Origin: Tubiluchus corallicola
Lineage: Eukaryota > Animalia > Priapulida
Length of the DNA: 64,000 nt
Direction of reading: 5' to 3'
Assembly (NCBI GenBank): GCA_030141605.1
Contig: JAQGDQ010000279.1
Span: forward strand, 124,001 to 188,000
This document shows, piece by piece, positions 52,480 to 64,000 of this stretch; the stretch's first letter is position 1; each line of letters begins with the position of its first letter. Below the pieces are notes generated by a model. It did not search any database and was not told the DNA's origin. It worked only from the letters and a program-made list of their open reading frames with translations. The position numbers and the translations under genes are program-made.

Positions 52480-54566
52480 CTAGAAAAATGATCGGATTCA
52501 AGGCAAGTCTCTTGACTGCTCACCACGTCAACAAAAATACTTTTTTAACTGAATCTATGTTACTGCGAATATCACTTCCTACATCATTTCCCTGCACTGT
52601 GCACCTGAGAAGCCAAAACTCCACATATTTCTTTGGTCTGCTCCAGTGGATTGATTACCCTAAAAATCGCTGGGTGTATTTTCCAAACAGGAGTTAAAAT
52701 ATGTATTTAAAACCTTATTTAGTTTTGCCACTTTTGAACTGCATCAAAACAAAGTTACCTAGGCAACAAAATTTTACCGTTTAACAAGAACAGCAAGAAC
52801 AACATCCAGATGAATAGCGATTTGGGCTGAGTCCCTCGACCAAAAAGCTCTCCTCAAAGACAATTTTCCTTTATTTTACACTTAGGTGATAAAAATGAAA
52901 AAAATTTCACTAATTCTACAATGTATAAAAACTTCGAATGATCATTTATCTACCTGCCATCATCCCAGATATAGCACCAGCGGCAGAAAGTTCCCGGATA
53001 AAAACCTGTTCATTCACCAGCACCTTTAACACTTGTTCCATTTTCTCCGTGTTCATGTGATAAACTACAAAAGAAACTCAATCAATGCATCACTGAATGT
53101 TCAGGTGGCTGATCTCTTAAATAATTTAACAATTTTTCATGTGTACTTATTTATTATTTATTTAAAATTTAATAATAAGTTACATGCAATCTTAAGATAT
53201 ATGAATACCATACTTAATTACGTACTAAAACCGTAATAAATATGTAAAGACAGCATAAAATATAAAAGACACAGTTTAAAGACAAAGAACATAAAAAACA
53301 GTAATTTGTGAGCAATCTCGATAACAAGGTAAAAATATGTAGAATAAAAAGAATTAAAATATTAACAAGAAAATAGTTTTTAAGAGCTAAAAAAGAATAG
53401 ACACATTATATTTAATAGCAATGGTTCTAAGAATTTTAGTTGTTAAATTCTAGCAGTCTGATGTTGTCCAAAATTTTCTCCGATTTTGAATAAAATCTTG
53501 ATGAGGATGAGATAATGGCAGCTTATTCAGATTATTACATGAATCTAAGCAATGGAAGCTTTATTCCCATTGTTATTACAAAATACTTCAGTTTATTTTT
53601 TATTAAACCATAAAGAAAAGATCACAGTTACATAGTTGTATGCTATTTGATTCTTATTTTCTAGCAACAACCCCCCTTTACTGATAAAAAAGACAAAATG
53701 CGGCACATACTGAAAAGAAAAATTTTCGTTTTAAAACTGCTTGGGAAAGTGTCTTCGTTTTGATTTTCACATGAAGCCATACTGATTCATTTGATGAGGT
53801 GTTTTCAATTCTCAGTTGGCAAGATAAAAATTTTATCGTTTTGATTATAAATCAATCACTATGTTTCCATCAATGGCTCTTTCAATAGATGCTATTTGGT
53901 CCAGTAAAAAATTCTGGATAACCAATTCATTCTAGAAGTATCAGGTTGAAGTAACACATATATTCCATTAAGGGTGCTACTGTTTCTTGTGAATATGAAA
54001 ATGAAATTATTCATCGGTTTTATTTTGACCCATTCGCAATAGTGGAGCAACAGTCACCAATCATAGGCACTTCTGCAACATCGATTACACAACTTATAAC
54101 TAATGAAGAAGAAGCTTATCAAAATTGATTTTCCACAGTTCTACACAAAAGACTGCTCAACGTAATAATGGCAGTGGACTATAACCAGTCTCTCTTTGTT
54201 ATCAGAACAAATTTCTGGGTAAAAAGAGTAACTTCTTATTATTTGAGCTTAAACCAATTAGAAACCTAGGTAGTTACAGAGTGCTTAGAAATCGAAATTA
54301 AGCTATTTGGATCCTGGTCAAAATCAAATTTCTGGATGGTTTCATCTACCATACTGCTGCTAGAATTTAACTTGTTGATAGAACTTGTACATGCATCCAA
54401 ATGTGGATAAAATATCACTAAATGGTTCAGCATCCACCAGTGATCAAAGCAACTGTTGACTAAAGTTAAACGTGTTATGTAACAGCATTAACAGAGGTTT
54501 TAAACTTATCATAACTAACATAACACAGCTTTTGTCTTAATAAAAACATAAAAGCAAACTAAATTA

Positions 54567-54920
54567 TAGTGGTGGGCTTAATTGACTACTTGTAATTGGT
54601 TAATTCCATGCAAGCCTCTCGTATTGATAACTTTGCTAGATAATCGAACATTGAATGATTACTCTTCTGTTAACGAGTTTGTAATAATTTGAAATACAAA
54701 AATGCATAAATTCTCTTCAACACAGGTAAATTGCAGATGTAAACGCTGTCAAACACAAAGTGGCTTAGCTCAACTTTCAGTGAGTTCAATTAAGCTTTAG
54801 CACATTCTTGGAGCACAGATGTGGAAATTAAATGCTAACGGGTGATCTCAGTAATGGATAACTGACTAAAAGTAATCAGCAATCGCAATTACTTGCAATC
54901 GGCAGTATTGCCCACCACTA
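54567..54920. mobile_element. MITE-like element with 11-bp TIR
   Basis: TAGTGGTGGGC...GCCCACCACTA; no clear TSD. Confidence 0.5.
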
Positions 54921-55281
54921 CCGAATCCTGGAGGCCCCACAAGTATAGAGATCCACTGCTAACCTATGTACATTGTTTTTCAAACGTTTGTATTCACCAA
55001 TCTTTGCTGTACAGCATGTTTTTTAATGTTTAAACACTGATTTCGTTGAAAGAAACAATAGAAAAGACACATTTAATTTTATTGACCATTTATATTTTTA
55101 TTCATGTGAATGGTTGTGTAGGTAGGTGCACTGCTTTGCCCTGGGGCATATAATGTTGTTGAGATAGCCCTCCAATCACAGATTACCAAGCTTAACAAAG
55201 ATGACCAATCAGACTACCAAACCTAGCAAAATTGCCCAATCACAGACTACTGCCTAGTAGTTAACTTAGAACCATACTTAC

Positions 55282-55452
55282 CGTTTTCAGCCGCATTGTT
55301 GCACGTATAACTACCAATGTGACCTAAAGGTAATGTGTCTCTAGGTGAAGAATGTTCAAAATGTACGTTGGCTGTGTGATTATTCCGAGACGTAGACGGT
55401 ATAAGATTTGTACGATGGCAGTTGTTATGAGACACGATGGTATCTGGCATAT
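55282..55452 (-). CDS. ER-like receptor hinge exon
   Basis: Open frame, TTGCAG| acceptor, G|GTAAGT donor, phase 1-1. Confidence 0.65.
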
Positions 55453-55486
55453 CTGCAACACAAAATTTTATTTACGGTTTCTTCAA

Positions 55487-55556
55487 CAAGTCATAAGGCA
55501 TCAAAAAGAATAAGTTACGTGCAAGTCATAAGGCATCAAAAAGAATAAGTTACGTG
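55487..55556. repeat. Perfect 35-bp tandem duplication
   Basis: CAAGTCATAAGGCATCAAAAAGAATAAGTTACGTG x2. Confidence 0.9.
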
Positions 55557-56020
55557 TGAGGTGTATTATATTATATAAATATGTTTACAGGTTCTTGATA
55601 CCATTTTGAAAGTTGGCATATAACTGAATGCTTAAGAATAAAAAACTCATAATCCAATGTCCATTAAAGAAAATTATGTGATGCAAACTGACAATTAACA
55701 ATCTGCAAATATTTAAAATACTGTGAAAGTTAAAGTTGCAAACAACACAAAGTAAATGTAAAGGTAAACAAGAATGAAAAACAAAAAAATCAACTACTGA
55801 GCAGTGTTTATACAAAAATATGCCAGATGTGCATGGTATGAACCGGCCATATCGTATAATAATGAAAAACTAATTACTGATTAATTAGTGTAGTGGGTTT
55901 TGTTATCATTAACAAATTAACAAGACAAATTAAGTTTTTCATTTTTACTGCATACATTTTTAATTATTCTAAGCTATACAAAAACATACAAAAATAAAAC
56001 GAATTCAATTCCACACTCAC

Positions 56021-56118
56021 TTGGTACTAAAGGCATAAACTTCTTTTTAGAAGCAGTTTTATTTTTTGCAGTCGGTTTCTTTTCAGTTGTCTTGTTTTCA
56101 GATTTCTTCCGTTGTGCT
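56021..56118 (-). CDS. ER-like receptor basic hinge/NLS exon
   Basis: RAQRKKSENKTTEKKPTAKNKTASKKKFMPLVP; phase 2-1; A|GTGAGT donor. Confidence 0.8.
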
Positions 56119-56702
56119 CTAAATACAAAAAAAAACAAAAATGGAAATTTACAACATAACAAATCTTCAGTACAGCTCATGACAGAAAGACTGTATAGGA
56201 AAACATGATGATATATACTGATGATACAACATTCCAAACCGAGTTTTTGAACCTACTCACTGCTATACAATTTGCGTTGTAGCTGTCATATTTTTCGAAA
56301 AGATAAAGTTGTTACTATTACAGATATTACTACAGATTACAGCAACTTTGTCACTGCTGTATCACCCTGCTATGTCACCCTCAGTTTTACTGTTAAGACT
56401 ATCATTGCCACTACCACAGCTACTGACACCTCCCATAATCGCACCTGCTGTCCACCATCACCATCATAAGTACCAAGATTTTCATCAACACCAGCTTCAT
56501 TACGTTATTTCAAAAGTAGTTTTGTTTTGCGTGGCACAATTCAAAACATCTTGCAAAGACACAGGGCAGAAAACAAAAGCAACAATACAGCAGACTGCAG
56601 CACACATTCAGTAATAACAGCAATCGTTTTTGCAAGTTTTGCCCACATTTTTGGCTAAATGCATTTTATAGCCTACTTATTAATTTTTTAGCCAGTCAAA
56701 AC

Positions 56703-57174
56703 CATCAGCTGCTCGTATATAGGTACTGTGGAACTGCAGCACCCCTTATTTTCACTCAATATTATCGATAAGATTCAATATAATAAGTCATTTTTCTTTA
56801 GTTCTTTCTTTACACTTGTACGGTCCACAGCACGGGGGAAAGTACTGTTTGCTTGCCAGCCCAGCACAGTGCACTCACAGCTCAAGCAACATGGTGTTTG
56901 CTGTCAGTTGTCACGTGCTTAAAAGCCGTGTACCAGCATATTCTTAAACTGCGACAATTTAGGCTATTCGAAAGCAAAAGATATTTTTTGTTTAGGTTTT
57001 TATCAAGTTTATGTATAAATTTTTGTATGTTTGTTTCTTTAAAATTACAATTACAACAATTACAAATTACAACATTCAAATTACATGCTTATTTCGTTTT
57101 ACACAGTATTAAAACAATGGCTAAAAACTTTCTGAAGCAGCACCCCCACTAATATTATCTACAGCCCACCACTG
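56703..57174 (+). mobile_element. hAT-type MITE, second copy
   Basis: Homologous to 24094-24621; TSD GTCAAAAC/GTCAAGAC. Confidence 0.82.
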
Positions 57175-57532
57175 GTCAAGACTATTTATTTTCTGTAGCT
57201 GATTCATGAAGTGTACCTGGCATGTGCAGGTATCATTACTACTGATGTACATGTCAGTAAATTTGCACATTAAGTATGATGGCACAGTCTCTTCATACAG
57301 TCCAGTTGAATAGCATTTTTATGACAGGAGATACTCATCACACAGGCTGTAAAGTGGCTAAGCTGTGTGCAATATTTATTAATACTGCACTCTAAGTAAC
57401 ACAAATTCCATGGAATTCCATGGAGCAACTACAACATCTAGGTGTCTAATTAATAAACAAACACGTGAAAGATTGTTTTCAACACTTCTGCAAGGAAGTC
57501 ATTTTTCCATACTAACAGTCTGTGTCAAGTAC

Positions 57533-57668
57533 CTGGGATGGCGTCTTGATTTTTCGATACTCATTCCTATCCGATGACACTTTTCTAATCGGCAGGCTTG
57601 GCAACATTTTCTCTCCGTTCTGTCAATTTCGCACGTCTTTTCCGCGGGACAAACATACTGTGTGGTGC
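57533..57668 (-). CDS. ER-like receptor second zinc finger
   Basis: [32 protein letters not shown]; phase 1-2. Confidence 0.95.
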
Positions 57669-57946
57669 CTAATGGTACAAATCATCAATTTTTAGGGCAT
57701 TACTTGCACCCGAGGAAAATAGACTATATCGGGAGCATTAAACAAACAGAATGATTTAACAAAAATTATCAGAAAACTATACCATTAATTCTAATAACTG
57801 TCAACAAATGACAAAATTAACTTGAACAAAACCATGTTGAAACAATATCTCAAGCTGCACAATCGCATACTACAGAGTCCTGCATTGTGACACACATACA
57901 AATTGTTTAAGAGAGCCATTGATTTTTCAGAAACCTAACATCATAC

Positions 57947-58054
57947 CGTGTATACTCCGTCGAAAGAATGCCTTGCATCCTTCGCACGTCCACGCACCGT
58001 AATGCAACCCCGAGGCTTCGTCGTTGCATACCTGGCACCTACGATCAGCCGTAC
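57947..58054 (-). CDS. ER-like receptor first zinc finger (P-box CEGCKA)
   Basis: [31 protein letters not shown]; intron after SIxG as in vertebrate ER. Confidence 0.96.
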
Positions 58055-58688
58055 CTTTATTTAATTAGAGAAAGAGGTATTATTAATTAAGAAGCCATCA
58101 CAAAATATAGTTCATAAACAGATAACTTGAAATTATTACTTTGAAAAAGCATTTTATTGTATGTGAACAGGTCAACCTCTGATCAATAGCAACTAAGTTT
58201 TATAGCTATCAGTGTAATACATGGTACAGATTTCTAGAAAATGTAGAAAAACAGGTTAAGCGAGACTAACAAGTAAACATGTCATCTTTAACGGTTTTCT
58301 TACAAATAAACGAATAATACATATGCATATTGATGGAGAAAATAATTTTTTAAAGAAATAAATCTGTAATTCTGCAGCCGCTTTTTGGCTACATTAAGAC
58401 CTGCCATACCACAAGAAAATACATAATCTAGGTCTGTAACATCGGAGTCATAAGCAAAAGTCCCTAGTGGGCTAGTCCGACTACAATTGTATCATATTCC
58501 ACGTATTACGATCAAGTATAGTTTTAAAATATTCTCAAATCCAGTTTCCTGCTTACAAAAAATGGTTCAAAGTCTATGGTCCAAATATACCATGTTTCCA
58601 AAAGAAACGCATCAGTAAATTAAACTGGTAACTTATTTTTGTCAAAATCTAAATACTTAGGTTGAAATAAAAAAATTCTTCAAGTTAC

Positions 58689-58737
58689 CTTTACAATGCT
58701 GAGATTTTGATTCTGCTCCCAGCATCTGCTGCTGCAT
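58689..58737 (-). CDS. ER-like receptor probable first coding exon (~431 aa total model)
   Basis: MQQQMLGAESKSQHCK then AG|GTAAC, phase 1; in-frame stop upstream; acceptor at 58859-58860. Confidence 0.6.
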
Positions 58738-59688
58738 TATAATTAACAGATTCACTGGAAGGTTTTACCTTCGCTTGACCCAGTTACACTGTTACCATAG
58801 CAACAGCTTCAACACAGAGGTACAACGACCTGTGTCCCAGCAGTGAAGCTTGGGGGTTCTATAAAAACAGTGAAATGAAAAAATCAATAAGAACAAAAAT
58901 TTAAATAACTGTTTCAATAATTATTTGCACGTTATGCAAAATACTTATTGCTGATGGGATAAAATTAACAGAGCAAGCACAGATTATGGATTAAAAATAA
59001 AAGTGGCATTGTAACAAAGCAGACTGTGAACAGAACCAGTAGACAGAACCAGAACCTGTTACCTTTAGAGTGATCACTGACATTCACTGTCAGAATCACT
59101 TGTGTATTTGGCCAGAAAAAATAAATCTATGAAGCTATGGAAAACAATAGCTTTTTTGTAACAACTGTAATAAACAATGGATCGACCTTATCAGTCACTG
59201 TCACGAGAAATTTTGAACAGCTAGGCAGAGACTGTTGGTTATTGGTTAATGAAACAGGTTTATCGGTGGCAAAATGGTCATCATACAACTTTATTTCAGT
59301 AAACATACTCTTGTTATAGTCGAAATGGACTAATCATGCTGATTATTTAACCAAAAAGGTCAACTTTCGAAGGGTTGCTTCTTAAACTCACACAGTTCAA
59401 TGCAAAACAGAATACTGTTTCTGTTGTACATAGGAAACCGATTGGTAATAATGTTAAAAGAGCGGGAAAAATGATCAGTAGCGACCAACACAATCTTTAG
59501 TGCAAATTGTAACTCTATTAAAGGAAAAATGAGTGCTATCATGAATGCGGAAACTTGTCTCAAGACTTCCTCGTAATGGAAGAATCAGCGTACCGTATTC
59601 TTATACATTGACATCTTTAAATTCATTTCTCTTTCAAGCTGTAAAACTGTATATTGAGAATTTAGTAAGATAATGAATGGTTTGATAC

Positions 59689-60898
59689 TGTAATGTTCAA
59701 AATGAAATGGCAGTCACGGTCGTGTTTAGCAGATTAAAACGAATAGCCATTTAACTGTAATAATACGTTTACGTGGCATTTGAAAAACTATTAGCTATAT
59801 CTGAATGTATTGTATTGAACCTGTCATTAATAACTAATTAACCGAATTTGGTAAACGTTATAAACTGGTGGCTCCACCTATCGGGAGTTCAACAAAGAAA
59901 TGTTACAGTTCAACTTTTTGGACCAAATTCTGGCTTCATGATCTCATACCTATAGTACCGCTGTGATTGGATGATTAACTGGGTCACGACAGGTATAACT
60001 TGAGAGGTGCAGATTATTCCACAAGGTTACGGATATAGTTGTTAAATGGCCGACTCAGCTAAAAGGCCAATTGATTTTGTCTTTGTCGGGGCGTTGGCCG
60101 ACAAGACGTCACTTCGGATACTTTTATAATCAACTTCATGACTTGCAATAGCTACGTGAATTGAATTGTTCACACTACCATTCATTTATCTTGAGTAGAC
60201 AGAATGTGAGCCATACGTCTAGTATTTGGCAAATGACATTTTCCTGTGATGGGTATGCTTCCATGATGGTGGAGTTTTCAACCAAGACGACACAAAAAGT
60301 AGACTTCTAATATATTCTGAAAGCCTGGTTCCTGACTCATTAGGAGGAGACGTCGTCAGAAGAATCCTGGTGGTCTGTCATCGTCCGCTAATCTCATTAA
60401 GCCAGTCAAGCGAGTGGGACATTGATGCGGTCGCCGTTGTCGACAAGACTGTTAGCAAAGTGATTCCAGCCACCTAAGTGTGTGAAACCCGGAACTTTAC
60501 GGGAAACGTCCCGCTACGTGAAACGCTAGCAGACTGTTATTAAATGAGGGGTACCCCGCTGCTCTGGTGCAAGTTGTGAGTTCTTTTTGTTTATTGTTTT
60601 GAGTTAATTAATTAATTATGCCAATTAAAATGTTAAACCTAAGGCAAACAGTTTGTTTATTTATACTTTGTTGTGTTCACTGTTTCCGTTCACACTGTAT
60701 CACCATTGGCCCATTCTCTGTACTTTAGGACGGACCGACCCTCCTGCGCTTGTAACTGCCTTAGAATTCAAATAAACGTTGCTGCTCTTTAACATTTGGA
60801 GCCACCAGCCCGCCCGGCAATCCATCTTGACTTAAGTTGTCCGACCCAAGTTCGAGGCCCTGTGGGCTAGCAAAGAATTTCATGACCCGAATGTTACA
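59689..60898. mobile_element. Possible solo LTR
   Basis: TGTAATGTTC...GAATGTTACA ends, AATAAA near the right end, GC-richer than flanks; no TSD found. Confidence 0.3.
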
Positions 60899-62839
60899 AT
60901 GGCCATGTGACTTAATAAAGTTATAATCTAATCTAATCTAATTTTTGTTACACAAAGGTAATGAAAGATAAAACCTGATAAAACTTTTTGATTTTATGAG
61001 CAACTCAGCAATGCAGGCAATCAATTTCGTATAAAATTTCAAAGTTCAAATTTTCTTGACCTGGTCTCAGCTTTTTTAAAAGGCATTTATTGAAACATTT
61101 AGTTAAATTTAATAGTAATTTATTGATTTTTGGCCAATAGAGACCGATCAAATAACAAGCATCTATACAAAATTTTACATAAAATGGGAACAAACTGAGC
61201 TACAGCACACTGAACAGTGACATCATAAGATTGCATCATACAAGTTAGTTTGTCATAAATATTTAAAAAGTCTGGAACAGAACGTGCAATTGTATTTACA
61301 AGGAAGTTGCGGGCGGTGTTATTTTTAGAACAAAATAGAGTAAAATGACATTCGTCACCGACTTTGTTACATTTAGCACATAGACGCTCCTCTCAAGGAA
61401 TAGGTCTTATATAGTTTCATTTCATGCCCAGTTTCAATAGGCAGTGAGTGAGCCTGGTTCGAAGCTTAGTCATTGCTTTTCGAACTTTAACATTCTTTAC
61501 ATTTACCAAATATGACTCAATTTAAAAGAAGTTTTAAATTCACTGTAATCGAACAACTTTGACATTTAAAACAGATTTAAAGTGTTTCTAGCATAAATGG
61601 AGCAATTAATTTAAAAGCATTAATTACTATAAAATTGGGCCTGGAATCTGAAAATAATTAATTCCACATTTATTTCTCAATATAGAACACCACACAGTAC
61701 TTACTTATAATGGTCAAATTTCATTAGCATCATCAGCGCATCTGCAAAAGCAATTAACAACAATAACAGTAGTCCTACAATATAAGTAAAATTATATTGT
61801 ATATCATTTTATTTTATATCAGTGCTCATTCACAACACGTATTACAAAATAATATTATTTATAAACAAACTGGGTTTGTAAGCCAAATTTGCTAAACACC
61901 ACATATTTTACTGTTTATTCCACCTTCTATAGAATTGAATAACGATTTCATAACATTAGTAGTTAATGCAGACAGGATGTACGTACACATCATGTTTGTA
62001 ATATAATACTATGAACTAGAAACTGCACGCAGTAAGTAAAACATCATATATTAAAATTTTTCCACTTACAACACACCCAAGTTGAAAATAAACTCCCAAA
62101 TAATCTAAACCAATTACTATTTAACTGAGTGGCAGTTTCTTTGTTTTATTCAAGCAGTCTAGTCACAAGTTTCACTGTCATGCCATTGTAAACACCAAAA
62201 TACTGACATCCTGATTTAAGTAGATCTAATAGTGCATAATCTTGTAAACACTGATATATATATCAAAGCAACCAAAGTACAACCTGAGTCAAGAAGCTTG
62301 TTTACCATGTTGTAACTCCTTACCATGTATTATTTGTTTGTGTCTGGGACAGACGGTTTGGTCTTTAGAACAGACTGTGTAGTTCCAACAAATGATACCA
62401 ATCGGAATATCTTAACCAAAGAGAGGGCCTAGCCTTGAGACATTTCCGGACTATTACTGTTTATAATGAGTGTCAACGGCTAGTGTGTACCGGGGAACGA
62501 TGTCCGGCAAAAGAAAAGGCATCTGGAATGGCAATTTTGGTGGGAAAATGTGAACGTGGTTTAAACGGGTTCGAAACCTCAAAGCAATGAGCTTTGTTTT
62601 TTCAATGCAAACTTTGCCTGGTAGAACAGTCACACTTTGTGTCTAGAGCAGCAGCCCTGTTTTCTCTTGATCTGTGTTACTCTGGTGACCCATATTATAG
62701 TTATAGTCTTAGAAAAAAGTCAGAATTAGTTTTGACTAGGGTTAGGGTTTTTTTCTTTTTTTCCTGTGACCTCTTTACCTTTGACTTTTTTACCTGGATT
62801 AGAAATCACACGTAAAAAAGTTACAGGTAATATATATTG

Positions 62840-62906
62840 TATATATATATATATATATAGATAGATAGATAGATACATAGATAGATAGAGAGATAGATAG
62901 ATAGAT
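62840..62906. repeat. (TA)n(GATA)n microsatellite
   Basis: Directly visible. Confidence 0.92.
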
Positions 62907-62989
62907 AAGTTCTAAGAGATGAATATTTTTAACAATGAACATTAGAAACCGGTAATTAAATAAATTTTGATGCATACCAATGTAACCCC

Positions 62990-63390
62990 TCCACAGAAAG
63001 ACGGGAAAAGCAAAAAAAATGGGATACAACGTGGAATTGAAGCAGGGGCTTTCTGCTTACATTGTAGGTATCTTAGATCACTGTGCCACCACCCCTGTGA
63101 TCAAGGCAGTCCAAAGTTCATCACTTATTCTAAAAATTAATTTACTAATTTAATTAATTTAATTAATTAATTGGGATCATTCTCGTGAGAGAAACCTAAC
63201 ATCGAAATGATCAATTTGTTTGTCCAGCTCTAAAGGATAAACTTTGGACTGCCTTGACCAATGCAGCGGCATAGTAGTCTACGGCCTCTGCAATGTAAGA
63301 ACAACGTATCTGGTTCAATCCAGCCAGTATCCTAATTTTTTCTCGTTTCCTGTCTTTCAAGTTTGCTATAAAAATTTAACTAATTGTCGG
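62990..63390. mobile_element. Foldback element with two inverted tRNA-like arms (copy 2)
   Basis: TCAAGGCAGTCCAAAGTT (~63101) and AACTTTGGACTGCCTTGA (~63240) are inverted; B-box-like GGTTCAATCC at 63312; homologous to 7400-7860. Confidence 0.65.
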
Positions 63391-64000
63391 TAGGTAATAT
63401 CAGTGTAATTTAAACTATACCAAGAACAGTAATATACACAACAATCTAGCAAAAATAAATTTTAATTACAAATGTAGATTGTTTACCATCATTTATTCAA
63501 ACAAGTTCTCCGACATGTAGCAAAACGTTACTTTTTGAATCTCGGGTAACAACACTAACTTGTAAACCACACAAAGTTCTAGTGTGCAGGAAGAAAAAAT
63601 CTGGCAAACATAACGCTAACTAATACAGCATCTTACTACCTATAATTCCAATCAACAAAACGATGCTGCAAGGTAAAAGTAAAGGGTTACAGTTACTACG
63701 CGCTTAGTCTTGCAAAGATAAAGGTAACGTGTTACAGTTACTGTACACTAACCTGTGTACAAGAAAACCGCCAACGTGAAAAGCCCTTTTCGCAGTTTTT
63801 ACCGTCTTCTATGGAATATGGTAATTACAATATAACAAACACGCGGTGTTATTTACTCTAAGACTACCTTGCTACATACAAAGCGCGTTTTTCTGCGTTC
63901 TGACCCCCGCCACAACACAGACAGCCTCGCCAACGCATTCACTAGAACAGGCGAAAGTAGGTCGACTGTCTGGAAATGCCTGTAAATATTACCAGAGTGG

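Noticed and set aside
53300-54400. Possible LINE remnant (ESVWLHV on -); similar 3'-end traces near 43200 and 48750
   Set aside because: Motifs are too short and broken to support by eye

Overview
AT-rich animal genomic DNA with GT-AG introns and abundant microsatellites; the estrogen-receptor-type and FoxQ2 sequences suggest a spiralian/lophotrochozoan invertebrate (inference). Five protein-coding genes were assembled by hand. (1) An intronless FoxQ2 (fd102C-like, C-terminal eh1) on -. (2) A two-exon DEG/ENaC channel on +, preceded by a decayed paralog. (3) A two-exon NGLY1 on +. (4) A five-exon PRADC1 on -. (5) A roughly ten-coding-exon NR3/estrogen-receptor-like nuclear receptor on -, largely missed by the ORF track. 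It keeps the ER P-box, but by my manual alignment has lost all three polar estradiol contacts, and one of its splice donors lies in a tandemly repeated hairpin. Intergenic and intronic space holds a solo LTR with a 5-bp TSD, decayed LINEs, a mariner remnant, hAT and pogo MITEs with TSDs, a TTAA-flanked Kolobok-like family, and foldback elements whose arms are tRNA-like. All alignments were done by eye; no searches were run.
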